Below are positions 1 to 57,513 of a stretch of DNA of 64,000 nt, piece after piece. Made by a program: the position numbers and the translations under genes. Each line of letters starts with the position of its first letter. Position 1 is the stretch's first letter. Origin of the DNA: Salpingoeca rosetta (Eukaryota; Protista; Choanoflagellata); the NCBI GenBank assembly GCA_033442325.1, contig JAWQFM010000030.1, forward strand, positions 657,855 to 721,854. Direction: 5' to 3'. The notes beneath the pieces were generated by a model that was not told where the DNA came from, did no database searches, and saw nothing but the letters and a program-made list of their open reading frames with translations.

Positions 1-3529
<3,529 letters not shown>

Positions 3530-3536
3530 ACACGCC

Positions 3537-4784
3537 ATGATGTTGAGTGTGGTGCTGTGCGTGGCGCTGGGCGCTGTGCTGTGCAGTGGGGACGTAGCAA
3601 TTGTGGAGGACGAGGTGGGTGCGCTGCACGTGAACACGAGCGACCCGTCGTTGCAGCCCGTGTATGTCAATGGCGAGGACTTGGTGGCCACGCTGCTGGC
3701 GCAAGCGAGCACGATCGAGGCGCAGGCAAAGCAGCTGTCGCAGCAGCAGCGCACGCTGGAGCAGCAGCAGCGGCGGATCGCGGGCCTGCGGCCAAAGGTG
3801 TGCCCGCCCACCGCAAACGTGACGGCCATCACCATCGGAGCAGACAGCACGGGCCCAAACAAGTGGATTGGCGGCGTGCTGGCGGACAATGGGCTCATCT
3901 ACGGCATGCCATATCAGGCCAGTGCGGTGCTGATCATCGACCCTGCCACCAACACCGCCGACACCACCAGCATGCCCGATGTCAGCAACGGGCTGACGCA
4001 GTGGGGTGGTGGTGTGCTCGCCAGGGACGGCCTCATCTATGGCTTCCCGCACGCGGCGTCGCACGTGCTGGTGATCGACCCAGCCACCAACAGAGCCGAC
4101 ACCACCGCGCTCCCACGGCCCGGAGCCGGCCGGTGGCTCAGCGGCGTCGAAGCCGACAACGGCCTCATCTACGGCATGCCGTGGGGCTTCCCCGTGGTGC
4201 TGGTCATCGACCCCAGCACCAACACGACAACAGCCATCACGGAGGGTGACTTTGGCAGCGGAAATGCACGGTGGTATGGTGCCGTGGTTGCAGGGACTGG
4301 CCTCATCTACGCACCCCCATTTGATGGCACGAGCGTGCTTGTCGTTGACCCCAACACCAACACCGTCAGCAGCCTGCCTGTGTCACCCGCCCCAGCATCA
4401 AGCGGGTGGGCGGGTGTGGTGCTCAGCGCAGGCGGGCTCATCTACGCTCTTCCCTTCGCCGCCCAATCGGTGCTCATCATCGACCCTGTCGCCAACATCA
4501 CGGACACCACAACGGTCACCCTTGCGAACACGCCGCTCGAGGCGTCCACGCCGGCCAAGTGGCGCGGTGGCGTGCTTGCGCCAAACGGGGTCGTCGTGGG
4601 CGTGCCGAACCAGGTGCCTAACGTGTTGGTGGTGGACACGATCACCAACACCATTGACATCACCACCGCCACGGTGCCTGCTGGACTCGACCAGTATTGG
4701 GGCGGCGTGCTCGCCAACAACGGGCTTGTCTACATGATCCCATTCGATGCTGAGACCGTCGCCATCGTCAACCCGGGCTGCTGA
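3537..4784 (+). CDS. Secreted protein: signal peptide, short beta segment, coiled coil, 7-bladed beta-propeller (paralog 1, intronless)
   Basis: Signal MMLSVVLCVALGAVLCSG; GALHVNTSDP..VYVNGEDL; Q-rich heptads; seven repeats of WxGGVLAxNGLIYGxP..A..VLxIDPxTNT; ends NPGC*. Confidence 0.9.
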   Translation: MMLSVVLCVALGAVLCSGDVAIVEDEVGALHVNTSDPSLQPVYVNGEDLVATLLAQASTIEAQAKQLSQQQRTLEQQQRRIAGLRPKVCPPTANVTAITIGADSTGPNKWIGGVLADNGLIYGMPYQASAVLIIDPATNTADTTSMPDVSNGLTQWGGGVLARDGLIYGFPHAASHVLVIDPATNRADTTALPRPGAGRWLSGVEADNGLIYGMPWGFPVVLVIDPSTNTTTAITEGDFGSGNARWYGAVVAGTGLIYAPPFDGTSVLVVDPNTNTVSSLPVSPAPASSGWAGVVLSAGGLIYALPFAAQSVLIIDPVANITDTTTVTLANTPLEASTPAKWRGGVLAPNGVVVGVPNQVPNVLVVDTITNTIDITTATVPAGLDQYWGGVLANNGLVYMIPFDAETVAIVNPGC

Positions 4785-4860
4785 CGCGGCACGCGCCGTG
4801 TGTATGTGTGTTGTGTTGTGTGTGTGTGTTTGTGTGCGTTTGCGTGTGTGTGTTCTTGTG

Positions 4861-4895
<35 letters not shown>

Positions 4896-5245
4896 GGTAT
4901 TCAGATGCAAGCCAGATAGAGGGTGTATTCGCTGTGTATTGGCCAATACATGAAGTTGACGGAAGCAGCAACATGCGCAGCATGCGCAGCGGAAGAGGGG
5001 AGACATACGGACACAGACAGACATACGCACAGGCACATAGACACAGACAGACACAGACACAGACACACACACAGAGACACAGACACAGACACAGACACAC
5101 AGACACAGACACAGACACAGACACACACACACACACAGACACAGACACAGACACACACAGACACAGACACAGACACAGACAGACAGACAGACACACACAC
5201 ACACACACACACAGACACACAATTGCCCGTGACATCACAGTCACT

Positions 5246-5808
5246 TCATGCGGCTTGCCGGGCGCGGATGTGTGCGTGCAAGGACTGCAGGATAGTCCAC
5301 ATGGTGGTGGTCGTGCCTTTGAACACCAGCGACGCAGGCAACCACCCACCAACATCCGAGTGAATAATGTATGTCAGCTTTGTGCGTGTGTGCTTGTCTC
5401 CTTCACCGTCACCGCCGTTGTCATCGTCGTCGTCGTTGCTTGCAGGCACTGGCTCATACAGCATACCACAGGGGAAGTTCACGCCACGCACAAAGCCCTA
5501 ATGTGTGGATAAGTGTCGTGCAAGCGCGCGCGTGTGTGTGTCAGTGTGTGTGCGTGTGTGTGTCAGCGTGCATGCGTGTGTGCGCGTGTGTCAGTGTCGG
5601 AGTGTGCGTGTGTGTGTCAGCGTGCGCGTAAGCTGTGAGCTGCGCAACCTCAATTGACAGACAGACAGACGGACACACATGTTCATGCAGGCATCACCAA
5701 CATGTTCATCAGGTCCCATGTACCTTGGTGTGCGGGAAGTCTGGGTGGTCAATGCTCTGTGCAAAGTGAAGAATGGAGCCATCATCTTGAACCCTAAGTG
5801 TGTGTGTA

Positions 5809-5877
<69 letters not shown>

Positions 5878-7062
5878 TGGCGGTGGGGGCATGCATGCGT
5901 GCCTGTCTGCTCACGGCCCCCCATGCTGTGATCGAATCATCGTCTTGCATCCCATCACTGACGCCCAACACTCTGAAGACATGCCGGCAGGCGTACGGAC
6001 AGAACGACACACAGACAGGCAGATACAAACACACACACAGACACACACAGACACACACAGACACACACAGACACACAGACACACAGACACACACACACAC
6101 ACACACATGTGGCAGAAGTGCTCACTCTGTCCAGGCGAGGTCGATGAATTCGCGTGGGGAGATGAGACCGCCCAGCGCGGCGTTGGAGAGTGTGCGGATC
6201 ACTGATTGAGTCGTTGAAGACGGGGTTGTGGTGATTGAAGGGGTGATTGAAGGGATGGTTGGACGTGGGTGTATGAGGAGACGAGAGTGCATTTCGGTCA
6301 GCCAGTGCACACACACACACACACACACATAGACACATACATACACATAGACACACAGACACACACAGACACACACGCATACACACACATCACACCTTGC
6401 ACAGTTTGGTTGTCCCGCTCCAGCACCACGACGTCTGATCGTGACTCCTTGGTCAGTGTGTCCTCCCACTGGCATATGCGTGCACGCGCGTATCGAGATG
6501 GCAAACAAGATGAAACCAAATGAAGGCGAATCAACGAGGCGCGGAGCGAAGAGTGGACGCTTGTTCACACCCAACCACACACACTCACACACACACAAGT
6601 GTGTGCGCTAACCGTCTTGCGAACTTCATAGTCGTTGAGGAGGCGGGTCGCTTCAGACGGGGGAATGTCAACCACAGCTGCTCGATGCACATGCATGTGA
6701 TTGGGGTGAGCAGCGGAATCACGTACTTGTTTGTTGTTGTGGAGGCAACACCAGACACGCACGCACACAGAGCCAGACAAGAAAGCAAGAAAGCAAGAAG
6801 GCAAGCAAGAAGGCAAGCAAGAAGGCAAGTAAGAAGGCAAGAGCACGCATGGTCATGGGATTTGAGCAGAGTGGCGCACTTGTGAGTCTGATGCATTCGA
6901 CTTTGTGCTCTACGCCAGCCGCCTTGAGCTCTCGCTTTGCAAGTCGCTCCATATGCACCACGCCATCGTCCTTCACCTTGAAGGTGGGGGGGGGGGACAC
7001 GGGGGAAAGGGTGTGTGTGGGGAGGGTTGGTAAAGGGCGAAGGGCGATGTCACAGGCCATGC

Positions 7063-7097
<35 letters not shown>

Positions 7098-7325
7098 TAG
7101 ACACAGGCAGATAGGCAGACACAGACACACAGACACACAGACACACACACATACACGCACACACAGACAGACAGACAGACAGACAAACACACACACACAC
7201 ACGAAGATACGCACTGTCTGGTAGCCCTGGGCAGTTCGTTTGGCATGAAACTTGTTTCGTGTATCCGCCAGTGCTTCCTCCGCGACCGCCCACGAGATGT
7301 CGCCCTTGATCTTCTTCGCTGCCAT
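5246..7325 (-). CDS. START-domain lipid/sterol transfer protein (STARD4/5/6-like)
   Basis: Seven exons: ~7325-7214, 6977-~6883, ~6677-6614, 6468-6396, ~6202-6125, 5793-5724, 5497-5246. Motifs VDIPPSEATRLLNDYEVRKTWE, ISPREFID, SIDHPDFP, FVRGVNFPCG and SDVGGWLP. Start codon less certain. Confidence 0.85.
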
Positions 7326-7365
7326 CCTAACCGAATAAGAGTGGTGTGGTGTGAAAAGGAGTGTG

Positions 7366-7430
<65 letters not shown>

Positions 7431-7754
7431 AAGCACACGCCAAGAGCACATCTTCATCAGCATCTCAGAGTGCCATGCACACCGTCACCATCATCACCAT
7501 CATCATCCACGCACACATCATCCCCATCATCATCACGACTTGCTTGCTTTGTTGCTGTCCTTCTTGTTTGAGGATTTGCGTGGAAACGAAAACAACACCT
7601 TCCCCAAGACACACACACACACGCACGCACGCACACACGCACACACGCACACACGCACACACGCACAGACACAGACACACACACACACATACACACGCAC
7701 ACACACGCACCCGCTTTGTCCTGTGCGCTGCTGACTGCTGCATGTCGGGGTGCA

Positions 7755-16322
<8,568 letters not shown>

Positions 16323-16613
16323 TGAAGCCCATACGCGCGCGCGCGCGCGTGTGTGTGTGTGTTTGTGCTTTGCTCGTTCTTCGGACATGCTGTTTGTATT
16401 CGAATGACGTTTATCGAATTTGGTTACTTTCGTGATGAGAGGAGGGGGAGATGTGGGGAGTAGCTTGACGGTGGCGCACGCAGCACGTGCACATGTACAT
16501 GTGTAGATGAAAAGATGAATACGTGCTGAGAGCGTTCATTGTGCAACATAGAACGATCGTATGACCGATGAGGGACACATGGAGTCACGCCGACAGCATC
16601 GAGCGCAAAAAGC

Positions 16614-16711
<98 letters not shown>

Positions 16712-16717
16712 TGCACA

Positions 16718-19022
<2,305 letters not shown>

Positions 19023-20355
19023 CACGGCACCGCGCAGTAGTGTCGGGTGTGTGGCGGTGACGTATCGAATAAAAGAACCAACGACACTGGCACGTGGTCA
19101 GTGATGTTAACGGTGGCGAGGACACTGATGCTGAGAATGAGGCTGAGGCAGGATGAAGTTGAGGCTGATGATAGGGGTAGACGAAGGTGCACTGACGATG
19201 GATGATGATGATGGTGCAGGTGGATGCGCATGAGCAGGTGCTGTCGCGCACGTTGTGTTTGGTTGTTGTGCTGCTCCAAAACAGTGATGAGTCATCGAAG
19301 CTCTAAGTATTTCCGCATGTCGCTTGTCGCGCATGCCAACTACAGCTTGTGCTGTGTGTTACTTGTGATGCCATTTTCGCGATATCGCCAGCCAACTATC
19401 GTTTGGTGATATCGCAGGATGGTACGGAGAAAAACACAAACGCCAAAAATGCGTTTCGTGCACGCGCATTGCCCCGCCTTCGGGCCTTCTTCGCCACCCA
19501 CGCAAACGCGAACGCAACAGCTGTCACGACACAGGTGTCTTCCCAGCAGATGGCCCCAGCAACGCAATTGCCTTGATGCTCCTACAGTTGCACCCAACCC
19601 AGCAACAGCCACAACCGCCAAACATCCATGAGCAATCAATGGTCGTCCACAACCATTGCTCTTGCAGACGTTCCCGCTGCTTTCCCTGCAAGAGCTATGG
19701 TGTTTCCCCAGAAGTTTTATCAAGCAACACTTTGGGTCCATGAGAGTGGTTTGTTCTTTTGTTTGTTTTCCCCCCACAGCACGACTCGCTTGCTTGCCTT
19801 TCTTGGGTGTCCTTGCGTTGTTTGTTTGTGTTTGTTTTGTTTTGGTTTGCCCCGCCAGTGCCGGCCTCCAACGATCTTATGACATGACGACGATGCAGGG
19901 TGGTTGTGCTGCTGTTGTTGTTTCTTCTTCTGCCGTGAACGCAGAAGCAACAACAACAAAACAAGGACAGGCGGAGCGGGGGGGGGGGGGGGACAACAAG
20001 CTGAAGCCACAAGAAACAAGCGTGAACGCTGCGATGGTTCGCAGCGGCATCTTTTCGGTGGTGTTGCAGCACGCAATCCAACAACGCCAGCAGTGAGCCG
20101 ACAACCGCGCCCGCGCAAAACACCGCAGAGGCACACAGCAAACCAAAACAAACACACAGCAGCGACGCAGCCCACCAGCACAGCCGCAGCATTTTTCTTC
20201 CTCATCCTTCTTTCTTCCCTTCTTTGTGTCGACAAGACTGTCTTTCTCTTCTGGCTCGCCACCCATCCACCTCAGCGTGTGCTTCCTTCCTTTGCTCCTT
20301 CCTTCCGGTTCTCTCGCTCGCTTGAAGCGTCCACACGCGCCACCAGTGCGCCGCG

Positions 20356-36834
<16,479 letters not shown>

Positions 36835-37009
36835 TTGGGTCGTTGCTGCACCCTGCTGTTCACAACTTGACACGCTTTGTGTCGTGTTGGCGTGTACACA
36901 TACACAAACACGCGCGCGCGCTGTTACCCACTTTTCACGCGTGTTCCTGCCATGCACACACTCATACGCACTGCACGCCATCCCATAGTCAACCCATTCA
37001 CGTTATGTC

Positions 37010-37061
<52 letters not shown>

Positions 37062-37594
37062 CTTGTTCATTCTCTGTGTTGTTGATGACATGTGAAGGGA
37101 CATGTTGTTGTTGTTGTATTTGGCTGATCACGATGCATGCCAACCATTATTGTTGTTGCTTCTTGTTGACGTGCAATCTTGGACTGTTTACGTGCTCCGC
37201 GCGCCTCGTGGGTCGCTGGTGTGTTGTTTGTGTTGTCTGTGTCGTTCACTGTTGTCCTGTCGTGTTGCTTCGTCCGTCGTGTGTTGTCTCTTTGTTCGTG
37301 TGTCTCTTCACGCTTCTCTTCTGTTACTTCCCTGATCTTATTCTGTTGAATGCAGTGCCATTGCCTCTCCGTTACCATCAAGACATATCATCATACACAC
37401 CGTTCTCGTCTTCGTGGTTTGAGCGGCGAGCGAAGCAAGCGCCTTGAAGGAAAATTGATGCACATCTCTCGTGAACAATCGACATGCCTCAGTTTGAGCG
37501 CACGTTTGGTCATCGACGACCATCAACAACCCACTGTCCATCATCCCACCCACCCGCACCCACACCCACGATCCATCCATCGCTCCCAACGGCC

Positions 37595-43116
<5,522 letters not shown>

Positions 43117-43176
43117 CCGTGCCGTGTGTTTGTGTGTGTGTGTGTGTGTTTGTGTGTGTTGTGTGTGTTTGTGGTT

Positions 43177-43214
<38 letters not shown>

Positions 43215-43428
43215 GTGTGTCAAACTTTTCCACTGCTTCCGGTGTTCGTTTTGTTTCCCGTCATTTGTTTTCTCCGAGTGCCAGCGCCCTCGTTTTGCGT
43301 GCCTTGTGTTCCTTTTCATCTGTTCGACTTGGGTTGCTTCATTTCCCCTGTTATACCTCCATCTTGCGTTTCCAAGCCATTGCACACCCTAACGATGCGT
43401 CACGCCAATTTCGCAGTGTGTGTGTGTG

Positions 43429-43584
<156 letters not shown>

Positions 43585-43785
43585 CCACATGCAACCAAAC
43601 GCTTTGCAATCTGCGGTTGCGCCGATGAATGGAAAATATTGCGAATTTTCAGTATTGCTTGACACTCGTGCCGCTCATCACGCGCTCGTCACGTCAGCAG
43701 AAGCTCCAACAACAGTCCCAACACGAGCTCCAACACGCACCTCGCCCGCACCAGTCCATCGAGCAACGCAGCCGAAAAGCAAGCC

Positions 43786-45054
43786 ATGGCAGCGGTCGTG
43801 TTGCTTTTCTTCTTGGCTGGCATCGTGCGAGCTCCGTGGCCGTGCTGCGGTGATGCGGTGATTGAATATGATGATGAGAGGGAGGGAGGAGCGCTCCACA
43901 TCAACACGAGCGATCCTGTGGGCCAGCACGTGTTCATCAACGGTGTGGACATGCAGCAGTTGCACGATCTCGTGCAAACGCAAGCCAGCATGCTGGCGGC
44001 CCAGGAGAGCGCGAACGTGCAGCTGCGAGCCACCGACCAGCGGCAACACCAGGCGCTCTGCCGCCGGTTTCCGCCGGTCGCTGATTCGGCTGGCATCACC
44101 AACGTGGGCATACGGAACCGTGACTGGCACGGCGCCGTGTTGGCAAACAACGGCAAGATCTACGGCATCCCAAACACCGCGTCCAACGTTCTCGTCATCG
44201 ATCCAGCGGCCAATACAACAGACACCATCCCCCTCACGGGGGTGACCAATGGCGGAACCAAGTGGGCCAGCGGCGTGCTACGTACGCAGAACGGCCTCAT
44301 CTACGGCATCCCGCACGACGCAACGGCCGTGCTGATCATCGACCCCAGCACCAACACGGCAGACACAACGACCCTGGCATCCCCGCCTGGTGGTGCCAAG
44401 TGGAACAGCGGCATCCTCGCAGACAATGGGCTTATCTACGCCATTCCCTGGCGCCAGCCCGCTGTCCTCATCATTGACCCAGCCACCAACACGACCGATG
44501 CCACCAGCATCGCAGGCCTCACCTTCGGGGACAGAAAGTGGTATGGCGGCGTGCAGGCGCGCAACGGCCTCATCTACTGCATCCCCCACGACGAAGACTA
44601 CGTGCTCATCATTGATCCAGCGACAAACGCGTTTGACACCACCTCCATCACCGGTCTGCCGAGTGCGGGCCTCAAGTGGTGGGGCGGCGTGCTTGCAGGC
44701 AACGGCCTCATCTACGGCATCCCGTCGAGCGAAACATCCGTCCTCATTATCGATCCCGCGACAAACACCGTCGACACCACCTCCATCTCTGGCCTTCCCG
44801 TTGGCCCGAGCAAGTGGCTGGGCGCTGTGCCAGCGTCAGGTAGGGGCGGCCGCATCGTCGGCATCCCCTCATCGGCTTCGTCCGTGCTCATCGTGGACAC
44901 CATCACCGGCACAGCGGACGCGACGTCCCTGTCCGTCTCAGACGCCCTCGTAAGCGACGACAAGTGGTGGAACGGCGCCCTCGCACCCAACGGGCTCATT
45001 TATGCCCTTCCACAAACGTCCAACGCTGTGCTGGTCATCGGTCCCGGCTGCTGA
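43786..45054 (+). CDS. Secreted 7-bladed beta-propeller protein (paralog 2, intronless)
   Basis: Signal MAAVVLLFFLAGIV...; GALHINTSDP...VFINGVDM; coiled coil; seven KWxGGVLAxNGLIYGIP repeats; ends GPGC*. Confidence 0.92.
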   Translation: MAAVVLLFFLAGIVRAPWPCCGDAVIEYDDEREGGALHINTSDPVGQHVFINGVDMQQLHDLVQTQASMLAAQESANVQLRATDQRQHQALCRRFPPVADSAGITNVGIRNRDWHGAVLANNGKIYGIPNTASNVLVIDPAANTTDTIPLTGVTNGGTKWASGVLRTQNGLIYGIPHDATAVLIIDPSTNTADTTTLASPPGGAKWNSGILADNGLIYAIPWRQPAVLIIDPATNTTDATSIAGLTFGDRKWYGGVQARNGLIYCIPHDEDYVLIIDPATNAFDTTSITGLPSAGLKWWGGVLAGNGLIYGIPSSETSVLIIDPATNTVDTTSISGLPVGPSKWLGAVPASGRGGRIVGIPSSASSVLIVDTITGTADATSLSVSDALVSDDKWWNGALAPNGLIYALPQTSNAVLVIGPGC

Positions 45055-45131
45055 GCTGAGAAGGGTTGGGAAAGGGAGAGGAGGGGGTGGTGCATTGGGG
45101 AGGGCTGGAGGGGGAGGTGTGGTTGTTTGTT

Positions 45132-45197
<66 letters not shown>

Positions 45198-45233
45198 TGT
45201 TTGTTTGTTTGTTCTTTTGTTTGTTTGTTTGTT

Positions 45234-45268
<35 letters not shown>

Positions 45269-45964
45269 GTGTGTGTCCGTCTTTGACTTCATTCACATTA
45301 TAATTTGACATGATGTCGCTCAGCTCGACCTTGTCCTGGTTGGGTTTGCCTTTCGCGTGAGATGAGTGAAATCGATCCCCCGAAGCCGAACACCGAGCAT
45401 CGGGGCATATTGGTAATTATCAAACAAAGGGTGTGCTTACTTCCAATCTTTGTTGAGGCAAAGGTTTTCTTTGTTCACTCTGCGGTCGTTCTTGCATGCA
45501 TGCATGCATGCAAATCATCAGCACGCCACAAGCGCGACCTTCGGCTTCCTTTCTTCCATCAGTCCATCAGTCGTGCCTTTTGCTGTTGTTTGAAAGAACC
45601 GTGCCTTGTCCTTGTCACTGTTGTTTGTGGCAGTGTCACATCACCTCCTTAAAGCAGGCTTGGTGTGAGTGACTGTTGTGTGGGTTCATGTCACTTTTCT
45701 TCTTTCCACCTCTGCTATTGTTGTTGTTGTTCGTTGTTGGTGTTGTGGTGGTTGTCGAGGTCGTCGTTCATTTTCCCTCCGCCTTCTGTGCGTTGAGCGC
45801 CCGTTGGACTTACTGGAACAACTGCAGAACTCCGCTGCCTCTTTGACGATTGTGAGGAAACCCCCCCCCCCACCCCGCAACTGACATTGACGAATCAGCT
45901 TGTTGGATCCTCCCCCCCCCCACGTACACAGACACGTACATCCCTCGACTGCTCAAGAACAACC

Positions 45965-54005
<8,041 letters not shown>

Positions 54006-54700
54006 AGCCACGACGAGTTACTTGTGTTTCATGCTGCCTCGACCAACGCTTCATTCCCCCTTCTGTCTTTCACTCGCTGACTTTTGTTCCATCCCTGATC
54101 TTTGTTCATTTCACATCCAACTTCTTACAACCGCACCCATGCACGCGCCCACTTCACCCACTCACTTCGCCCTCTCACCTTCCTCACCACAACCAACGCT
54201 TTGCGAGCATGTTGGCCCCGTGTTTGTCTTCGTTTGCACGTGTTGAACCTTTCTCCTGTCCTGCAACAAGAAGCACCGCACCAGCTGAGCGACGACCGCC
54301 AAGCCGCTGCTATTGCCACTTGTTGCTGAACCCATTTCTCTTTCATTGCTCTGTTCTCACTCTCATGCCGTTGGTGCGGGATGTGTGTTGTCGTTGTGGT
54401 GATGTGTAGTGACGTTCATTCGCATCCAATCACACTGGCACCCGTTTCTTTCGTTCGTTACAGCCACAGCCACACACACACACATGCCTTATTGAGTTGT
54501 CACACCCCATCCCAAAACACAGAGAGCCAAAGTTAAGCTGTGAACGAGCAACAACGACGTTGACGTTACACTCAGTGGAGTGAAAGTGGGGTGGGCGACA
54601 GGGAAAAGGTGTGTGCCTGTGTGTCTCCATGTATGAGAGAGAGAGAGAGAGTGTGTGTGTGTGTGTAGGTGATGCGAAGGCTTCACACTGCCACACACTG

Positions 54701-54774
<74 letters not shown>

Positions 54775-55348
54775 CGTGTGATTCAAGTTTCCCGGTTTTG
54801 ATGCGCGTTGGTCCTTCGGTCGAATTCGTATGCTGCATTTATTTGTCCTTCACCAACCTTCGCCCCATTCAGTTTTGAAGCTTCCGTTATCGCGGTCAAA
54901 CACATCCTGGTAATCCCAGGAATCTATGTTTCTGCGTATGACCAAGTCATCAGCAGAATGCAAGCACGCCCAAACACCCGAGGCAACCTCGGCCAAGAAG
55001 GCAAAGGTTTAGTTGAGCAACGGCACGCAAGTGCGACCCATTCGCCACCCCACTTGTATGTGGTTGGACGTTGTTGCTTGCTCGCTGGCTGGCTTGCGTG
55101 CTGCAACTTCTATGCACGCGCAACAGCCAGCAATAGCACTCGAGAACGGTGCGACATGCGACATGAGACCACCCCAGCACTCCATCCACTGGCCTCCCGC
55201 AAAGTTCTTCACCTCCTCTGCTTGCTTGCGAGCATCTGCACTGGTTTCCATTTTCCACTCACGGCAAGCCACCGCAAACAACACCAGCCCAAAACGCGCA
55301 AGCACAGCCGACCGCACAGCAAGCAGCCAGGTGAGGGGAGACACAACG

Positions 55349-56851
55349 ATGATATCGCCGCTTTGCAGACGCATGTTGGCGACAGCAGTGGCCATTGCTC
55401 TGTTTCTGTGCCTGCTGGTGGTTGTGGGCAAAGCAGGAAAGGCTGGAGTCACCAGAGACGACCTTGGTGCACTGCACATCAACACCACAGATCCCATCAA
55501 CGAGCCTGTGCTTGTGAACGGGGTGGATGTGCACAGGGAACTATCGACACTGCTAAGCGTGGATGAGGTGCACACGAGCAGCTTGGAAGCGCAGAAGGGC
55601 GTGAACGATGCTTTGGTGAGCACTGTGAGCACACAGGCGAGCACGTTGGAAGCACAGCAGAGCGTGGATCAAGTCCTGATGAGCCGCATCGAATCGCAGA
55701 CGAACGTGAACGACGCGCAAGCATACATGTTGGACGCTCACAAGAGCAGGCTGGACGCACAACAGAGCATGAATGAAGCACTGGCCAGCTCGTTGGCCGC
55801 TCAATCGAGCATGTTGGAAGCACAGCAAATCATGAACGAAGCACTCGAGCGCAAACTCAGGCAGCAGGAGCGACAACTGTGCCCACTGCTCAACCCGCCT
55901 TCAACGGACATCACCACCCTCGCCAACATCGGGAGCGGAACCGAAAAATGGCGCGGAGGGGTGTTGGGTGGCAGCAACCTTATCTACGGCATTCCATACC
56001 ATGCCACATCCGTCCTCATCATCGACCCAGCTACCAACACTGTGGACACAACCACCCTCTCAGGCCTCAGTTCCTTCGGAAGCAAATGGGGAGGCGGCGT
56101 CCTCGCAAACGAGCTCATCTTCGGCTTTCCACATCACGCTTCTTCTGTCCTTGTGATCGATCCGCTTTCAAACACGTTGGAGTTCATCGGTGGCGTGCCT
56201 ACTGGCGGGGACAAGTGGATCAGCGGCGTGGCAGCAGACAACGGCCTTATCTACGGCATTCCTTGGCGTGCAGGCTCTGTGCTCATCATCGACCCTGTCG
56301 CTCGTGTCGTTGACACCACAACCATGACTGGATTTGGAGACGAAGTTGACAAGTGGTATGGCGGCGTACAAGCAGACAACGGTCTCATTTATTGCGGGCC
56401 AGACAACGCGGAAGCGGTCCTGATCATCGATCCAGTCACCAACACAGCCGACATCACGTCCATTTCCGGCTTGTACGGGAGTTTGAAGTGGCATGGCACT
56501 GTGCTGGCCAAGAATGGCCTCATTTACGGCATCCCAGTGAGCGCCACATCCGTCCTCATCATCGACCCAGCCACCAACACAGCTGACACGACGTCCATCT
56601 CCAGGGTCCCGAGCGGTGGTGACAAGTGGCGCGGCGGTGTTCTGGCGCCAAATGGGCGGATCATTGGCATCCCCTACTCTTCCACTTCCGTGCTCATCAT
56701 TGACCCTGTCGCCAACACAACAGACACCACATCATTGCCGATTCCAAGTGGCAGTCGCAAGTGGTGGGATGGGGTGCTTGCAGACAACGGCCTGGTCTAT
56801 GGCATACCGCACGACTCTCAAAGTGTTCTTGTGATTCACCCCAGTTGCTGA
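55349..56851 (+). CDS. Secreted 7-bladed beta-propeller protein with extended coiled-coil stalk (paralog 3, intronless)
   Basis: Signal MISPLCRRMLATAVAIALFLCLLVVVG; GALHINTTDP..VLVNGVDV; ~120-aa stalk of S.LEAQ..(V/M)N.AL repeats; seven propeller repeats; ends HPSC*. Confidence 0.92.
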   Translation: MISPLCRRMLATAVAIALFLCLLVVVGKAGKAGVTRDDLGALHINTTDPINEPVLVNGVDVHRELSTLLSVDEVHTSSLEAQKGVNDALVSTVSTQASTLEAQQSVDQVLMSRIESQTNVNDAQAYMLDAHKSRLDAQQSMNEALASSLAAQSSMLEAQQIMNEALERKLRQQERQLCPLLNPPSTDITTLANIGSGTEKWRGGVLGGSNLIYGIPYHATSVLIIDPATNTVDTTTLSGLSSFGSKWGGGVLANELIFGFPHHASSVLVIDPLSNTLEFIGGVPTGGDKWISGVAADNGLIYGIPWRAGSVLIIDPVARVVDTTTMTGFGDEVDKWYGGVQADNGLIYCGPDNAEAVLIIDPVTNTADITSISGLYGSLKWHGTVLAKNGLIYGIPVSATSVLIIDPATNTADTTSISRVPSGGDKWRGGVLAPNGRIIGIPYSSTSVLIIDPVANTTDTTSLPIPSGSRKWWDGVLADNGLVYGIPHDSQSVLVIHPSC

Positions 56852-57002
56852 ATCCACACGCCAATCCTCCATCCTGTCACTGTGTTTCCAACTTCTTCAG
56901 CAACATACATCATCTCCCTGTATGCTGCTGTTGTTGTTGCTGCTGCTGACAGTCTCACTCATGGTCGGTCTCCTTCCCTTCGTGTGTCATCTTGTCTTGT
57001 TC

Positions 57003-57217
57003 GGTCTTGTACTTGCCATGGCAACATCATCGGTACCCCGTACCACTCATCGTCCGTGCTTCTCTTCGACCCAACCACAAACACCACTGACACGACCACC
57101 ATCAACAACCTTACCGGCTCCTTCAAGTGGTGGGATGGAGTTCTAGCCAACAATGGCCTCGTTTACGGCATTCCACGCAACGCAGACGCTGTGCTGGCCA
57201 TTGACCCAAGCTGCTGA
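57003..57217 (+). pseudogene. Truncated, frameshifted remnant of a fourth propeller paralog (last two blades)
   Basis: GLVLA [frameshift] GNIIGTPYHSSSVLLFDPTTNTTDTT...KWWDGVLANNGLVYGIP...IDPSC*. No signal peptide or earlier blades; lies ~150 bp after the paralog 3 stop. Confidence 0.8.
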
Positions 57218-57513
57218 GCCTACCCGCTTGCTTCTTCTGTGTGCCACTGCTCATTGGGACAAAGGCGGAGTCCATTTCAACTCCAGACCTTGACTGTTCT
57301 ACTGTTGCCTGCCTTGTTGAAATCTGCCCCGTTCACCCGAAAGGCTTTGCCGTGCATCGTGTTTGCTACCTTCGAAGTCACCCCCCCCCCCCAACTGCTG
57401 CACTTCCCTTTTGTTCACTCGCGCGTCTGTTTCCCCGTTCCTTTCATCGCCTGCAATGCGCCCGTCTTCGTTTCTTCGCGCTTTCCATCACGTCAACCTC
57501 ATTGAGAAGTACA

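Noticed and set aside
19400-20300. Short ORFs and small hairpins between the LCAT-like and FN3 genes
   Set aside because: No recognisable domain, splice chain or RNA family; treated as divergent promoter/UTR sequence.
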